Assembly: GCA_964016885.1 (NCBI GenBank)
Contig: OZ024742.1
Span: 107,942,001-108,006,000 of the forward strand
Length of the DNA: 64,000 bases
Source of the DNA: Eledone cirrhosa
Lineage: Eukaryota
Reading direction: 5' to 3'
The stretch's first letter is position 1; each line of letters opens with the position of its first letter. A program made the position numbers and the translations under genes. The notes under the pieces were generated by a model that had not been told where the DNA came from, made no database searches, and saw only the letters and a program-made list of their open reading frames with translations. This document shows positions 40,201 to 58,402 of the stretch, one piece after another.

Positions 40201-42060
40201 ATTCTGCCATTCACACGGGCCATTCTCGCCATATTCACCCACCTTTTAGCAAATATTCTGAGGGGCAACACATCTCTTTCTGCCTCACCTCCCTTTCCAA
40301 GTGAAACTTGAAAATATCGATGAGGGATTGGCCGAAGATAAAAGTGTTTGTCTTTAGTCCCTTCAACCTGGTCCACCACACAATGCAGCCTTCGTGTTTC
40401 GCATTGAAGAAATGGTCTAATGCCATTCTCGCTACTAGCACATCAATTACAAGGCCACTACAAATTGCTTCGTCTAATTTAGCTACCAGCTCACCCCTTT
40501 CTATTTTTCTATAACGCCACTTCTTTGCTAAAACCTATCGAAATTACTCTAGTCTCTCTTTTGGGAGCGCCCCACCTACTATTGACGCCCCCCTCCGACA
40601 ATGCTTAATTAAATTGTCGACCTGGTCCCTGTAAGCCTTACGTGTCGGAAACATGTTCAGCTTACAGTAACCAGGTCCTAGTCTGCGCGTCTCATCTAGG
40701 TCGACCATACAGACCACAAAATTTGGAAATGAGTAGGTGACCGTTTGGAAATGGGGTCTAGTGCACGCGTGTCGGAAATCCTGGCCTCACTGACGGCAGT
40801 CACATCCATATCTAATAACCTGAGGTCATTCAGCAAGCAACCCTGCTTCCAAGTCGACCCCAGGCCACGAACATTTAAACAACATACTCTTAAGATAACC
40901 ATGTTAGTTGGTTGAACGCGAGAGAAAGGTTTTCTTACCTTCTAGGTACTTGTGGAAGTCAGGTGGTTCCACATCCAAGTTTGGTTGGGTTTCTTTTGGG
41001 AACCCCTTTAACAGTCTGCTCGTACCTTTATCATTAGGGGTTCCCACGTTATTTAGAAAGCTTTCCCTAATGCCTTTGTAGGCACCCAGTGACATTCGTA
41101 CTATCATCAAATCTTCCGGAACTCGAAATGTGCTGGTGCAAAATATCTTCCCCTCCTTTTCGATTTCTTTACATCGTTCTATGAGGGCCATCAACTTCTC
41201 GCTGGCCCCTTTTTACTGGCATGGAGTTTTCTGTGTGTGTGCTTCGTTGTGGTTGTGCGAGTTTTCATATGGGTTATTGTGGGAGTGATGGTGGATGTTT
41301 TTGTGGATGTGTCTGTTTTTGTTGCGTGTGTGGTGTTTGTTTTTTTATAATTATTTCTGTATTTGCATTTGTGTTTTTTGGACGTTCGAGGATGACGATG
41401 ACCTTTTCTGTTCAGGCTCTGGTATTGGCGCCAGCGGACGTTTGCGGCTCCCTGCAATTTTGAGTTGAGGGTAAAAGGCTCGCAAATGTGTTGCTTCACC
41501 GAAGACGAAGCAGTGTGACCTTCACAATGCCGTCCGTTTTATTGTGGGCCACCGAGTGTTTGATAACCGTTCTTTTCCCCTACCTGTTGTTGCTGTTGTT
41601 CTTGTTATCGTTGTTGCTGCTGTTTCTTCACTAGTTTCGTTGTTGCTGTTAGCCATTGTTCACGTTGTTGTTGGTGTTGTTGCCATTGTTACTTCCGTCT
41701 GTTTTATTTTTGATGTTGTCACTGCTGTTGTTGTTGTCGGCGACGTTGCCTGTGGTGGTGATTGTGGGGGTGGTATCTCTCCCCTCAACGTTTGCGACGC
41801 TGTCACGTGACAGCTGGATCAACGTAGGGGGGTGGGGAGGGGTGGGTGGGTCGTACGCCATCCATATTTTTTTACAGATAATAATATTTTGAAAAAAAAA
41901 ATAAAGTGCAAATATTTGGCCGAAGACCCAAATATTATGAGGTCGCCTTTTTACAGAGCAATGTGTGGTGTCCTAGTAACAATTTGTACTACAAATGTAA
42001 CAATAAATGCAAAGTAAACAATTGTAAATCAACAAAACCAACAGCGCGGCACTCACAGAT
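40200..42060 (-). mobile_element. Internally deleted L1/Tx1-clade LINE (ORF1 remnants, APE ends, probable ORF2 C-terminus)
   Basis: LNVRGL..DVTAVSE (APE start, 40696-40902), GPGYCKLN (APE end, ~40660) and an IVWWTR...FAKRWV tail. Confidence 0.7.
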
Positions 42061-44271
42061 CAAACACCAAAGACAATATTAATAATAATAGTAATAATAG
42101 TGTAGTGACCTACATTCCTCGGGCTCACATACATTCTCCGTGCGTTATTTGGCTCAGCCCAGCCAATGACCGCCAGCGGAGGAGAATGTATCTCTACGCG
42201 CCCTGAGGGAAAAATTCCCGCCTCGATTCGAGAAATCTCTCTCTTGCATCCTGACCGTGGAAAGGTAAACAACTAACTTTCTTTCGTCGTGAAATCACTA
42301 GCCAATATGTAACACAACAACTTAACCACGGCCTGGCAACACTTCAACCAGTGGACCGTGCCTTCTGAAATTCTTAATTCGTTTGTTTTATTACTCTTGG
42401 CATGTCTGCTCTACTCAGCCCTACGCAGCTCAACCTTGTTAATAAATAATGTAAAACAAGCCAAAGTCGTTGTCGATGTTCTTACCACATCTTTCTACCG
42501 AACTAGTTACTCGTGGCGCTACTAACTATAACATATCTTAACTGCTAAAATAGTAATATAGTCACATGTCTACTGAGGACAGCTACACTAATTAATGTAG
42601 TTTAATATAAATGGCTCATGATACTTATAATGCACACAAATCAGAAGGTTTGTCCATATTAAAGCACTTTCATATATGGAACATTTTAAATGATTTTAAT
42701 TTTATGGAAAAAGTACTTATTGAAAGTTATTTAGATACCTTTAGTTAATTTGAATGCGTGTGTGTGTGTGTTTTTAGTTTTAATTTCAATTAAATCTCTG
42801 ACTGAATTAACATTGAATATCTGAAATAATAGCATGATTTTTAAGTATAGCAGGAAAGAATGTTCATTCATTTCAAAGCATTCCCTGCAGTAAATTAATC
42901 TGTTAGTTACGCAATCTTTGCATGTGAAATTCAAACTTAACAAAACATTTTAAAAAATCAATATTTAAGATATTTGAATATTATTTTCATTGTCTTCTCT
43001 ACAATATTTCGTATATTTTCTTTTTTTCATAATTTCTTTTAAACAAAATATTTTGGTGAAATTTTTATTTTCAATTTTGCTAATACAGAATTACCAATTA
43101 TATATATGTAAAATATCATAAGGTAGTGTACTGAGAGTATAGACTACAGCTTAATTTTTGTAATAAGAACTGAAATTATTTTAGAAATTTTCTCGTGTAT
43201 ATATTTTCTCGTGTATAATATGTTAAATGTAGAACTAATAATATTAAAGGCAGAAATGAGAGGGGTGTTTTATACACGAGTTCATGATTTCAAAAGGTTT
43301 TACCGAGATTAAAATTATTCGCTTTAAACATCAAGTCTGCAAATACACTCAGTGGTCGCTCCTTCACAAAATGCTAAACATTCAATTGTTTTATAATCTA
43401 TAACATCATGAAAGACTGAATATTGTAGTGAAATATATTTGTGTGATCAAGATTTCGACTGATAACAAGGTACATGTTCAAACAAAAAATTACATAGTCG
43501 TATTATACATCAAGTAATACGGTATTTGTTAGCGCTGTCTATGGTTGGATTCTCTGGGACACGTTTCCTTACTTTTACCAATTATACCTTTCGACTTCAC
43601 AATATTTCCCCAGCCTTTCTCCATTGTATATGTATGTAACAGAATAGAAATCTATGATACTCAAACCCCTTATGCTAACTTTGGGCTACGTAAAGCTTAG
43701 TTTGCTACAACACAATACCCACGCAATGTTTTACAAATTTATCTTCACGTGTTTGCTACATTATCATCATCTACTAACAGTAGACTGACCATACAATTCT
43801 TATTTGTCATTTTGGCACAAATTAGTCAGAAACAAATGCATACCATATAATTTAGCAGTAAATTTGTCGACTGTGGACTAGCAAAGGTTAGAATTATATC
43901 AAATAACTATTATGTCATTTTGGAGTGAAAAATCGATGAAAATCGAAATATATAGATTGAATTACATTTAACTTATAATTATATTTAACTTATCATTGCA
44001 TCTATTGATCATCGTATCAATTGTTGCCGTTTTCTACTGAAACATATTTTACAGTTGGAATGTTGAACAACGACAATTTACCCGCAACCAATAATAATAT
44101 GTTTAAGCAAATGTAATGATATAAAATTGATTTTGTATTCAATCTCACAATATATTTTCAAAACTTCTACGTTAACTCTTAACGTGCAAGAAATAGTCCC
44201 CAAATATCCCCTAAATTATATCCGTAGTAGTAGTAGTAGTAGTAGTAGTTGTTGTTATTATCATTATTAGG

Positions 44272-44590
44272 GGCAATGGATTAGCAGTATCGGTAGAGCG
44301 CAGGAGAGTATGGTTTGCGGCATAGAGATACGGCAATTTACGTTCTAAGTTCAAATCCCGCCGAGGTTAGCTTTGTCTTTCATCCTTACAAGGTCGATAA
44401 AATAAAGTACGACTAACGCACTGGGATTGGCCTTGTGCCTAAATCAGAAACCATTATTATAATTATTATGGGTGGTGGATTAGTAATATCGGTAGAGCGT
44501 TGGAAAACATTCTTTGTGGCATATAGTTATGTCCATTTACGTTCTGAGTTGAAATCCCGCTGAAAATAATTTTGTCGTTCATTCTGACAA
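44272..44590 (+). mobile_element. Two tRNA-SINE family 1 copies, the second partial
   Basis: ggattagcagtatcggtagag and gttcaaatcccgccgagg. Confidence 0.75.
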
Positions 44591-44662
44591 GACTAATATA
44601 GGATATGTAGACTATTTGCAGTTGCTGCAAGCGAAATTTTGTTTTGTGTTCATTGTTGCTGT

Positions 44663-44744
<82 letters not shown>

Positions 44745-44750
44745 GCACAC

Positions 44751-44860
<110 letters not shown>

Positions 44861-44979
44861 ACACACACACGTGCACACGCACACGCGCACGCACGCACGC
44901 ACGCACGCACGCACACACGCACACACACACACACACACATACACACACACACACGCGCACACGCACACGCGCACGCACG

Positions 44980-45066
<87 letters not shown>

Positions 45067-45316
45067 CCAGGGAGTGTAACGTGAAGGTACTGTAGGTTCA
45101 CCCAGGTAAGCATTCGATGTTTAGGATCACATCAGTAGCAAGGTGTAGAGTTTGACAGAGGGTAATATAGATTCTGTCATTACAGGAGCAGAGGTCTGAC
45201 GAGCTTTTGATTCCAGAGTCGGGGCAGATCGATACACATCGAACCTTCAAATAGCCAAACGCGCGTAACCAATCAATAAACGTAATCAATGCTTAGCAAC
45301 TCGTCCTTGTATTATT

Positions 45317-45387
<71 letters not shown>

Positions 45388-45399
45388 ATATATATATAT

Positions 45400-45483
<84 letters not shown>

Positions 45484-45814
45484 CTATTATAACCTCTAAC
45501 TCCCTGTAGAGTCATTGAGCATTTAAAACCTAATGGGACACATACTTCTACATGACTGAACATAACCGAGATTTACTAGAAAAGGTGTAAGAGAGATAGA
45601 TAGTAATAGAAAGGGCATGAGAAAGAGACATAGAGAAAAAGGTCGACCTCAGTATAGGACTGGTACTTTTTTTATCGTCTTTGAAAGGTTGGAAGGCAAA
45701 GTTCTTCCCAACTCGCCGCCCTCTCTCTCTATAATATATATATATATATATATCACCTGACCGACCAGTCTCTCGCGCGCCAATCGACGACGCTGGTCAC
45801 ACCATGTCGTGCTG

Positions 45815-45996
45815 TTTTAGCCATAAGATAACGCCATCCCACTGGGTGGGCGGGCAGGCCGGTACTCATTTCTACAGCTGAGTAAACTGGAGCAACGTGA
45901 AATAAAATGTCTTGCTCAAGGAGACAACACATCACCCGGTCTGAGAATTGAACTCACAACCTTTCGATTGCAAGCTCAATGCACTAAGCCATGCGC
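45815..45996 (-). mobile_element. Second tRNA-derived SINE family (CORE-like)
   Basis: ggagcaacgtgaaataaa.tgtcttgctcaagga with a tRNA-like B box. Relatives at ~63110 and ~32790-32900. Confidence 0.6.
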
Positions 45997-46007
45997 ATTC
46001 ACTATAA

Positions 46008-46099
<92 letters not shown>

Positions 46100-46105
<6 letters not shown>

Positions 46106-47095
46106 ACAGGGAGAAAAAGACGATTATTGGGGAAAAAAACATTTTTTTTCCCTTTTTATTTCTTTCTATCTTTTTTCTGGGTTAGAACATGATTAGAACG
46201 AAATATTTGACTTTGTGTGAAGTGTTAAGGTTTTAGTTGATTTATTTATTAATTAACAATGACATTTATTTATTTATTTATATATTTAATAATTGTCTAT
46301 TACCGGTTTCAGCATTTTTATGCATTATCAAATGATAATAATATGTATTGGCGTAGAATGGTGGTGTTGAACATGTTAAAGAAATGGTGCAGAAAGAATA
46401 ATGTTATTTACAAACAAGATTTATGACGTGAAAAGAAAAAAGAAAAAAGAAAAAAGAAAAAAGAAAAAAGAAAAAAGAAAAAAGAAAAAAGAAAAAAGAA
46501 AAAAGAAAAAAGAAAAAAGAAAAAAAGAAAAAAGAAAAAAGAGGATTTTGTTCATTCTTGGGTCTCTTTTTAGTAAAGGAATGTTCTGGAGGATGGTGTT
46601 GAATGCCTCATTGTTGAGGGGGTTGTATGTGGAGATGTATGGTAGAGTTTTCTGTTGCGGTTCATTCCTGGGTTTGGGGTGTCTGAGTTCCTGGATGTCG
46701 AGTTTTAGGGCACGTTGGAATCCATTGTTGATTAGGGATGGTGGGTAGTTTCTGCTGATAAGTGTGTTTTTTAATTCTTCTAGTCGTGTGTAGCATGTGA
46801 ATTTATCTAAAACTGGTGTGCAGATCCTTCTGGCTAGGTTATAAGGAATTGCCATTTTGGTGGCACGAGTTGAATGGAAGGTATTGTTTGGAGTCTGTGG
46901 GTTTGTAGTATATGTCTGTTTCTATTTTGTTGCTTGTTTTCTTGATGAGGATGTCGAGGAAAGGGAGTTGTTCATGGCTGTAATCCATTGTGAATTGTAA
47001 GTTTGTGTTGAGTCCATTCAGAAGGGTTTTAAACTCAATCAGTTTATCTATACTTTCATGCCAGAGGATGAAGCAGTCGTCCAGATATCTCTTCA
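46100..47095 (-). mobile_element. PLE family C fragment (RT C-terminal half and thumb, endonuclease deleted) plus a pLTR with an HHR at ~46288-46335
   Basis: RYLDDCF, LPFLD, TDIYYKPTD, SCH, IPYNLARRICT and YPP motifs. The 3' end matches 4230-4624. Confidence 0.88.
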
Positions 47096-47514
47096 TACAT
47101 ACATATATATATGGTGAACATCCGGGATTTGACTACTGTGATTTACCGATTGATGGGGAAATATATTTCTTTATTTATTGAAATATATACAAAGGAGATT
47201 AATCATTTTAAAAGGTATCTATATTTGAAAATCTAGTTAAACTTTAATTAGTTACCTACCTAGCTGTGTGTGCTTACACACTTTACAAATTATTCCCTGT
47301 GATTGTTTCATATGTTTATTTTATATATATATATGTCAATACATTTCTAGTTGATATAAAATGCACGGATCTATTCATTGGAATCTTTCAGCATATTCTG
47401 CAGTGGATATGGCGCATGTCTCTCAGACATGACACCCTTAATTTAATTGTGTATATATATATATATATTATGGAATACTGTTGGCTTCTTGCTACAATAC
47501 TCTCTATACTTTTC

Positions 47515-47874
<360 letters not shown>

Positions 47875-47876
<2 letters not shown>

Positions 47877-49820
47877 GAAGTGGTAACACAACAGTTAGTT
47901 CACCATACCGAGAACAATTGTTTCACCTTAGCGGATCCTCAGCTCGTAATGCCCATGGTTATACGGAACAGGAAGGACAACCATATGAACGCGTATGCGC
48001 AGAAACGGTCACTTCACCCAGGAAATACAAAACTGCGTGCGAGAGGTGTAAGGGAGATAACTGCGAAAGTCCGAAAGATTTTAGTTGATAAGAAAATTAG
48101 GATGTTGTTGTAATCAATCCTGAGCTTTGTAGTTATGTAAGAGGTGTTTCCAGATATGTGGACAACGTGTGAAGAATTCATTTCTTGAGTTTAGGCAGTC
48201 GCTATTGCGTAATCTCTTTAGAATATTTATCCGTTTATCAAAACATAGTCCACTCAACGGATTGCCCCTTGCGTATGGCTTGGACTTAGTGATGGCTTTC
48301 CATTGAAAGGAGTAGTCTATACTTGAGTCCTTGACGGACCATACGTGGCTCGCGAATTTCGTGGATGGTCGTTTGTCCGGGTACCTAAAGGTCGACTGAT
48401 GGTTCAGGAACCGTTCCTTAAATCAGCCCTCCGCCATACCCACATAGGATTTGACCTCCTGTGGTTGATTTGGTCGGTTGGCAGTGATCACAGCTTCATA
48501 AACTACAGCGGGTGTGTTGCATTGCTGTTGAAGGTGACAAGTTTCAGGCTTTCGGAAAGAGCACCCTGGTGGGCTGTTTCTCTTAGGGCTGTTGGTGATG
48601 GGGGCCTTCATATTCTTAGCGCAGGAGTACCCTAGTTTTACTTTGTGTCTGTTAAAAATGGAGCGGTATTTGTGACCTATGGGAAAGTGTCTATCTAAGA
48701 GGGCTAAACATTCTTTCCTACATTAGTTTTAACATTCAGTGAGAAGGGAGGAGAGAACCAGATAGTTTGTCTATTGTTACGCTTTCTTTTCTTATTTCTG
48801 TTGTTGTTAGTGGGAGAGTAAGTGTAAGGTTGCGAGAAGCCGCTGTTAGCTAACGCCGTGTTATAGTAGGGTGCCGCTCTGTCAAAGATAGCCTTATTAG
48901 AGGAGAGGTTAGAGATTCTAGTACTGATATTATGTACGAAGTTTCTAACAACAGTGGGTGGGTGGCATGAGTCCTTGTGAATGTAATTAAGTTTTTCGTT
49001 AAGCTTATGGAAGGGTCTGTAGGTGTGTGTGCGAAGGTCTAAATTAATGTCTAAGAAATCTACGCTAGAGAGGTTGGTAGCTACTGTTATCCTAAGTCCC
49101 AACTCATTGAAGGTAGATGTTAAGTCTTTTTTTAGACCGGTCGAGGCCGTGACCACTTTTAAGGTCAGGTCATCGTCGCGGTATATTCCCGTGTGGAACT
49201 CCGGGAATGTAACACGTAATATGTCTAAAATAAATAGGCCAACCAAGTCGCATACGTCAGCACTGTCAAACGATCCCATGGAGACATCGAATAGTTCTGA
49301 AGGGTTTTCTGGCAGTGAGCGATGATTTCCCTGTGTAAAATATGGACGGTAGTGTAAGTGGTAGCAAAGTCCAACGCTTGTTTAACAGGGTCTCTGAGAT
49401 CGACGGGTAAAAATCTACAATGTCAAATTGAGTGAACTTCGCTTTTTTGGATTTGAAGGCGTTAAACCACTTAATGACGGAGTCGCTGTTCTCCCACTGG
49501 GGCAGGTTGGACTTGGTCCTAATGGTCTTAACTATGTTTCTATGTATAGCCTTACTGACTAGTCCCATATCTGTGCGTGCCGGGTTTAGTAGTCCACACG
49601 TGGGATTAGAAGTAAAGTCTACCTTGTGATCTTTCAGGGTGAGGAACGCCTCCCGCTTAGCTAAGCATTGTAGCTTCTTATTTACCTTAAGGGCGACAGC
49701 AAGGTCTTAGGCTTCTGTATTGTTCTCGGTATGGTGAATTAACTGTTGTGTTACCACTTCTACCTAACTCGTCACATGGACTGAGTGCTCTACCACTACG
49801 GATATTACCTTCCAGTGTTC

Positions 49821-49824
<4 letters not shown>
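47875..49824 (-). mobile_element. PLE family B (resembles the Hydra clade), 5'-truncated, with an inverted pLTR piece at 49719-49824
   Basis: FDIVDFYPSI, MGSFDSADVCDLVG, GIYRDD, IWFSPPFS.NVKTNVGK, a Cys linker, and VVYEA..YVG (GIY-YIG). Terminal IR 47875-47918 / 49719-49762. Confidence 0.88.
47909..47946 (-). ncRNA. Minimal type-I HHR in the PLE-B pLTR
   Basis: cgag-CTGAGGA-t cc gctaa gg t-GAAA-caattg-TT-ctcg. Confidence 0.78.
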
Positions 49825-49899
<75 letters not shown>

Positions 49900-49997
49900 A
49901 TATATATATATATATATATAAACAAAGAAAGTGTGGTACAAAACTAGCTGCCGAAATGGCCGGAGCTCAGCGTCTGGGTCCTGACTCTTGCCCCCCC

Positions 49998-50112
<115 letters not shown>

Positions 50113-50113
50113 T

Positions 50114-50177
<64 letters not shown>

Positions 50178-50221
50178 TAATATATATATAATATATAATA
50201 TATATATATATGATATATAAT

Positions 50222-50266
<45 letters not shown>

Positions 50267-51176
50267 CTAGCAGTGGTACCCGGCGTTGCACGGGATAAGG
50301 TATTTTGGAACGCGGGCCGCCAACAGACCTAATCGTGGAAAAACTGCATGCATGGACAATATGTAAAGAAAATGGACCGAATAGTCTGATGGCTGGATAA
50401 TCTTTAATATTTTCCTCGATGAAGCAGGAAAAATGCAGGTTTTCACCTAATGCGGGCCATAGGGGATAAAAAAAATGAATTTTTTTTATGTGCATAATAT
50501 GCCTTGAAATTTCGGGAAAATTGGCTAGACGTAACGCCTCAAAAAAGCCATAAAAAGCTGAAAAAATGAAGTTGTTTAACTAATGCGGGCCCTAGGCCAT
50601 AAAAAGTTGGATTTTATTTGCTCACAGTATGAAGAAGAGACTGACTAATACATAGTTATAATTTCAAGGATATCAGTCTGACGTAACGACTCAAAAAACC
50701 CCTAAAAACCTGAAAAAACGCAGTTTTTCGCCTAATGCGGATCCTAGGGGACCCAAAATTTGAATTTCTTTATGTGTATAACACTCCCTGAAACATAGGT
50801 AATACACATGTAAAGTTTGAAAAATGTCGGTTGGGTACTTCTCGAGTTTTAGGGATTCAAACTCACAGACACACACACACAAACAGACATCCTCAGGGAA
50901 GTGACGTAATGCAGACAGACAGATATTATAAGGGCGCGACGTTATATGTATGTATCTATTTAAAAATAGAAAGACAGAATTATATAGAGAGATCGGTAAA
51001 TTGCCTAATGCGGTACCTAGAGCATTTAAAATTTGAAATCTTTTTTGCTCAGAACACTCCCTGACACAGAAGTATTACATGTGTAAAGTTTGAAAACAGT
51101 CGGTTGAGTGGTTCTCGAGTTTTAGGGATTCAAACTCACACACACACACAGACATCCTCAGTTTTATATATATAGA
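50267..51176 (-). mobile_element. Non-autonomous Helitron
   Basis: 5' TCtatatatataaaactgagg and 3' hairpin cccg tgcaacgc cggg followed by CTAG. Internal subrepeats. Shares cagacagatattataagggcgcgacgttata with 26350. Confidence 0.82.
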
Positions 51177-51182
51177 TATATC

Positions 51183-51255
<73 letters not shown>

Positions 51256-51290
51256 TCTCTCTCTCCCTCTCTCTCTCTCTCTATATATAT

Positions 51291-54272
<2,982 letters not shown>

Positions 54273-54329
54273 TAAAATAACAGATTAAAGTTTAAGCAAA
54301 GAATCGCTGGATTTTAGTCTTCAATTTTA

Positions 54330-54378
<49 letters not shown>

Positions 54379-54451
54379 TATATATATATATATATATATA
54401 TTCTATATATATATATATTCTATATATATATATATATACTATATATATATA

Positions 54452-54485
<34 letters not shown>

Positions 54486-54517
54486 TATATATATATATAT
54501 ACTATATATATATATAT

Positions 54518-54589
<72 letters not shown>

Positions 54590-54592
54590 TAG

Positions 54593-54633
<41 letters not shown>

Positions 54634-54676
54634 TTCTTTATGTGAAAACGTGTGTTGAAACCAATATTGAACCAAT

Positions 54677-54707
<31 letters not shown>

Positions 54708-54901
54708 TCAGGTTTGAGGTTCACCACTGTATAGAGCTGGTCTATTCCGTATGGTCAATCGTAATGTAATAATATAGAGAGTACGCAACGTAAGGCAGTT
54801 CAACCGTCTTTGTTTTTGTAGTTGGTGGTGCTATTACGGAGTTAAATATTATAATGAAATGACAGGAGGCTGGATTTGTGTAAATCCTTGAAAGGTTTAT
54901 T

Positions 54902-54959
54902 ATACTATGATCATTTCAATGACCGGGTTCCGTATGAATCCGGTGATATCATCAGGTAT
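54902..54959 (-). ncRNA. Type-I HHR inside a fold-back cassette (arms 54850-54895 and 55040-55085)
   Basis: atac-CTGATGA-t atc accggattc atacg gaacccggt cat t-GAAA-tgatca-TA-gtat. Confidence 0.78.
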
Positions 54960-55081
54960 TCGAAATATAATACGTGAATGTAATAGATAAAATCCATGGG
55001 GCTGAAAATCGAGGACCCGAGGGCGAACGCTATTCTGTTCCTTTCAAGGATTTACACAAATCCAGCCTCCTGTCATTTCAT

Positions 55082-55149
<68 letters not shown>

Positions 55150-55184
55150 TCTCTCTCCCTCTCTCTCTCTCTCTATATATATAT

Positions 55185-55860
55185 ATATGAATGTATATAT
55201 AATGTATTTTGCAATACACTTTATGCTTAATTAAAAGCATTTTGAAGACCGTAAGCTATTGTTTTAAAGTAGTGACAAATTCACTCACTTCGATCTCAGC
55301 AAACAGGAGGAGATAAGCCGACATGACATGTTTCCATTTTGTTGAAGCTTATCAAGGCCAACTACCCCGCCCGTCTACTGAGATCAATGATGTTATATTC
55401 TTATAGAAATCTAGTAATTTGTCACTACTTTAAAACAATAGCTTACGGTCTTCAAAATGCTTTTAATTAAGCATAAAGTGTATTGCAAAATACATTATAT
55501 ATACATTCATATATATATTGCTATTTCAGAGCTACAATTCTAATTTTTAATTTCTGCCTGACCAACAACCGCTCTGCATAATCAGCTCCTGATTATTTAC
55601 TAGATTTCTATAAGAATATAACATCATTGATCTCAGTAGACGGGCGGGGTAGTTGGCCTTGATAAGCTTCAACAAAAGCGAAACATGTCATGTCGGCTTA
55701 TCTCCTCCTGTTTGCTGAGATCGAAGTGAGTGAATTTGTCACTACTTTAAAACAATAGCTTACGGTCTTCAAAATGCTTTTAATTAAGCATAAAGTGTAT
55801 TGCAAAATACATTATATATACATTCATATATATATTGCTATTTCAGAGCTACAATTCTAA

Positions 55861-55868
<8 letters not shown>
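55185..55868. mobile_element. Inverted plus tandem pLTR cassette with a U3/A8 HHR at 55654-55696 (+) and a mutated copy at ~55317-55360 (-)
   Basis: 55185-55417 is the reverse complement of 55597-55830, and 55416-55551 is repeated at 55733-55868. HHR reads TTGATAA-gctt caacaa aagc-GAAA-catg-TC. Confidence 0.8.
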
Positions 55869-55925
<57 letters not shown>

Positions 55926-56014
55926 AAGTTATATTTAAAATTGTTGGGTTACAACTAGTAAATATTTATAACTTATTACGGTATGTCGAATATATTTATC
56001 TATAAAACTGTTTA

Positions 56015-56090
56015 TATTGTATTTTGTCTGATGAAGGCGTGGCATATTGTTAATATGATATCCCCGAAATATATATAATGAAATAAATAT
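56015..56090 (+). ncRNA. Type-I HHR in an AT-rich pLTR remnant related to the 19850 motif
   Basis: attttgt-CTGATGA(56028)-agg..catatt gtt aatatg..ccc-GAAA(56066)-tatata-TA-atgaaat. Confidence 0.6.
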
Positions 56091-56175
56091 GGTTTTATAA
56101 ATATAGTTTTCCATTTATTTAATATTGTATATATATATATATATATATATATTCTCTCTCTCTATATATATATAT

Positions 56176-56261
<86 letters not shown>

Positions 56262-56289
56262 TTCTTTATGTGAAAACGTGTTGAAACCA

Positions 56290-56727
56290 ATATTTTTATA
56301 CTTTGGGAGGGTCATGTTGCTAATAAGAAACACACGCACCAGTTGCATCACTCCAAACTATTATAAATTTAAAAAAAAAAAAAAAATCTTCTTAAATTTT
56401 TTTTTTTTAATTTATAAATTTCCGGTTGGTTGGTTAGTTCCACAACCGGACGGTTGTCCATATATTGTCAAAGTTCTTTCGTCACACACATATATATTAT
56501 ATATATATGATATATCTATATATATAAAACTGAGGATGTCTATCTGTGTGTGTGTGTGTGAGTTTGAATCCCTAAAACTCGAGAACCACTCAACCGACTG
56601 TTTTCAAACTTTACACATGTCATTTTTAAGAAAATGTTTTTGAAAAAAATTTTTAATATATAATAAATTGGAGTGAAAGTAACTGGTGCGTGTGTTTCTT
56701 ATTAGCATCATGACACTCCCAATGTAT

Positions 56728-56735
<8 letters not shown>
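56290..56735. repeat. Diverged inverted repeat (56290-56365 / 56660-56735) enclosing a copy of the Helitron 5' end
   Basis: gctaataagaaacacacgcaccagtt is mirrored. 56491-56620 matches the reverse complement of ~51077-51200. Confidence 0.7.
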
Positions 56736-56783
<48 letters not shown>

Positions 56784-56857
56784 ATATATATATAATATAT
56801 ATATATATTATATTATATAATATAATATATATATATTATATAATATAATATATTTAT

Positions 56858-56900
<43 letters not shown>

Positions 56901-56903
<3 letters not shown>

Positions 56904-57147
56904 AGCTCTGCCGTCGGGGCTAAACATTTTCATATATATATATATATATATATATATGAAAATGTTTAGCCCCGACGGCAGAGCTCAAGCCGGTTCGACG
57001 GCTATTTCTGGTCCAGAAATAGCCGTCGAAACGGCTTCAGCTCTAACGGGGTTAAACTTTATCCTATTACCCACTCTACTACCCTAAGTATTGAGTACAC
57101 TGGTGCGTTATTGTCCATCTGGTTCCTTACCACACTTCCTTCGTTAT
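56901..57147. repeat. Double fold-back of the PLE-D pLTR end
   Basis: 56901-56933 mirrors 56956-56988, and 56980-57011 mirrors 57013-57043, followed by the tail. Confidence 0.8.
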
Positions 57148-57167
57148 ATATATATAAATATATATAT

Positions 57168-58402
<1,235 letters not shown>

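Noticed and set aside
42731-42943. CKDC...CRECF..H cysteine motif, possibly a piggyBac C-terminal domain
   Set aside because: Too short and isolated, with no transposase core or clear TIR pair to support a call.
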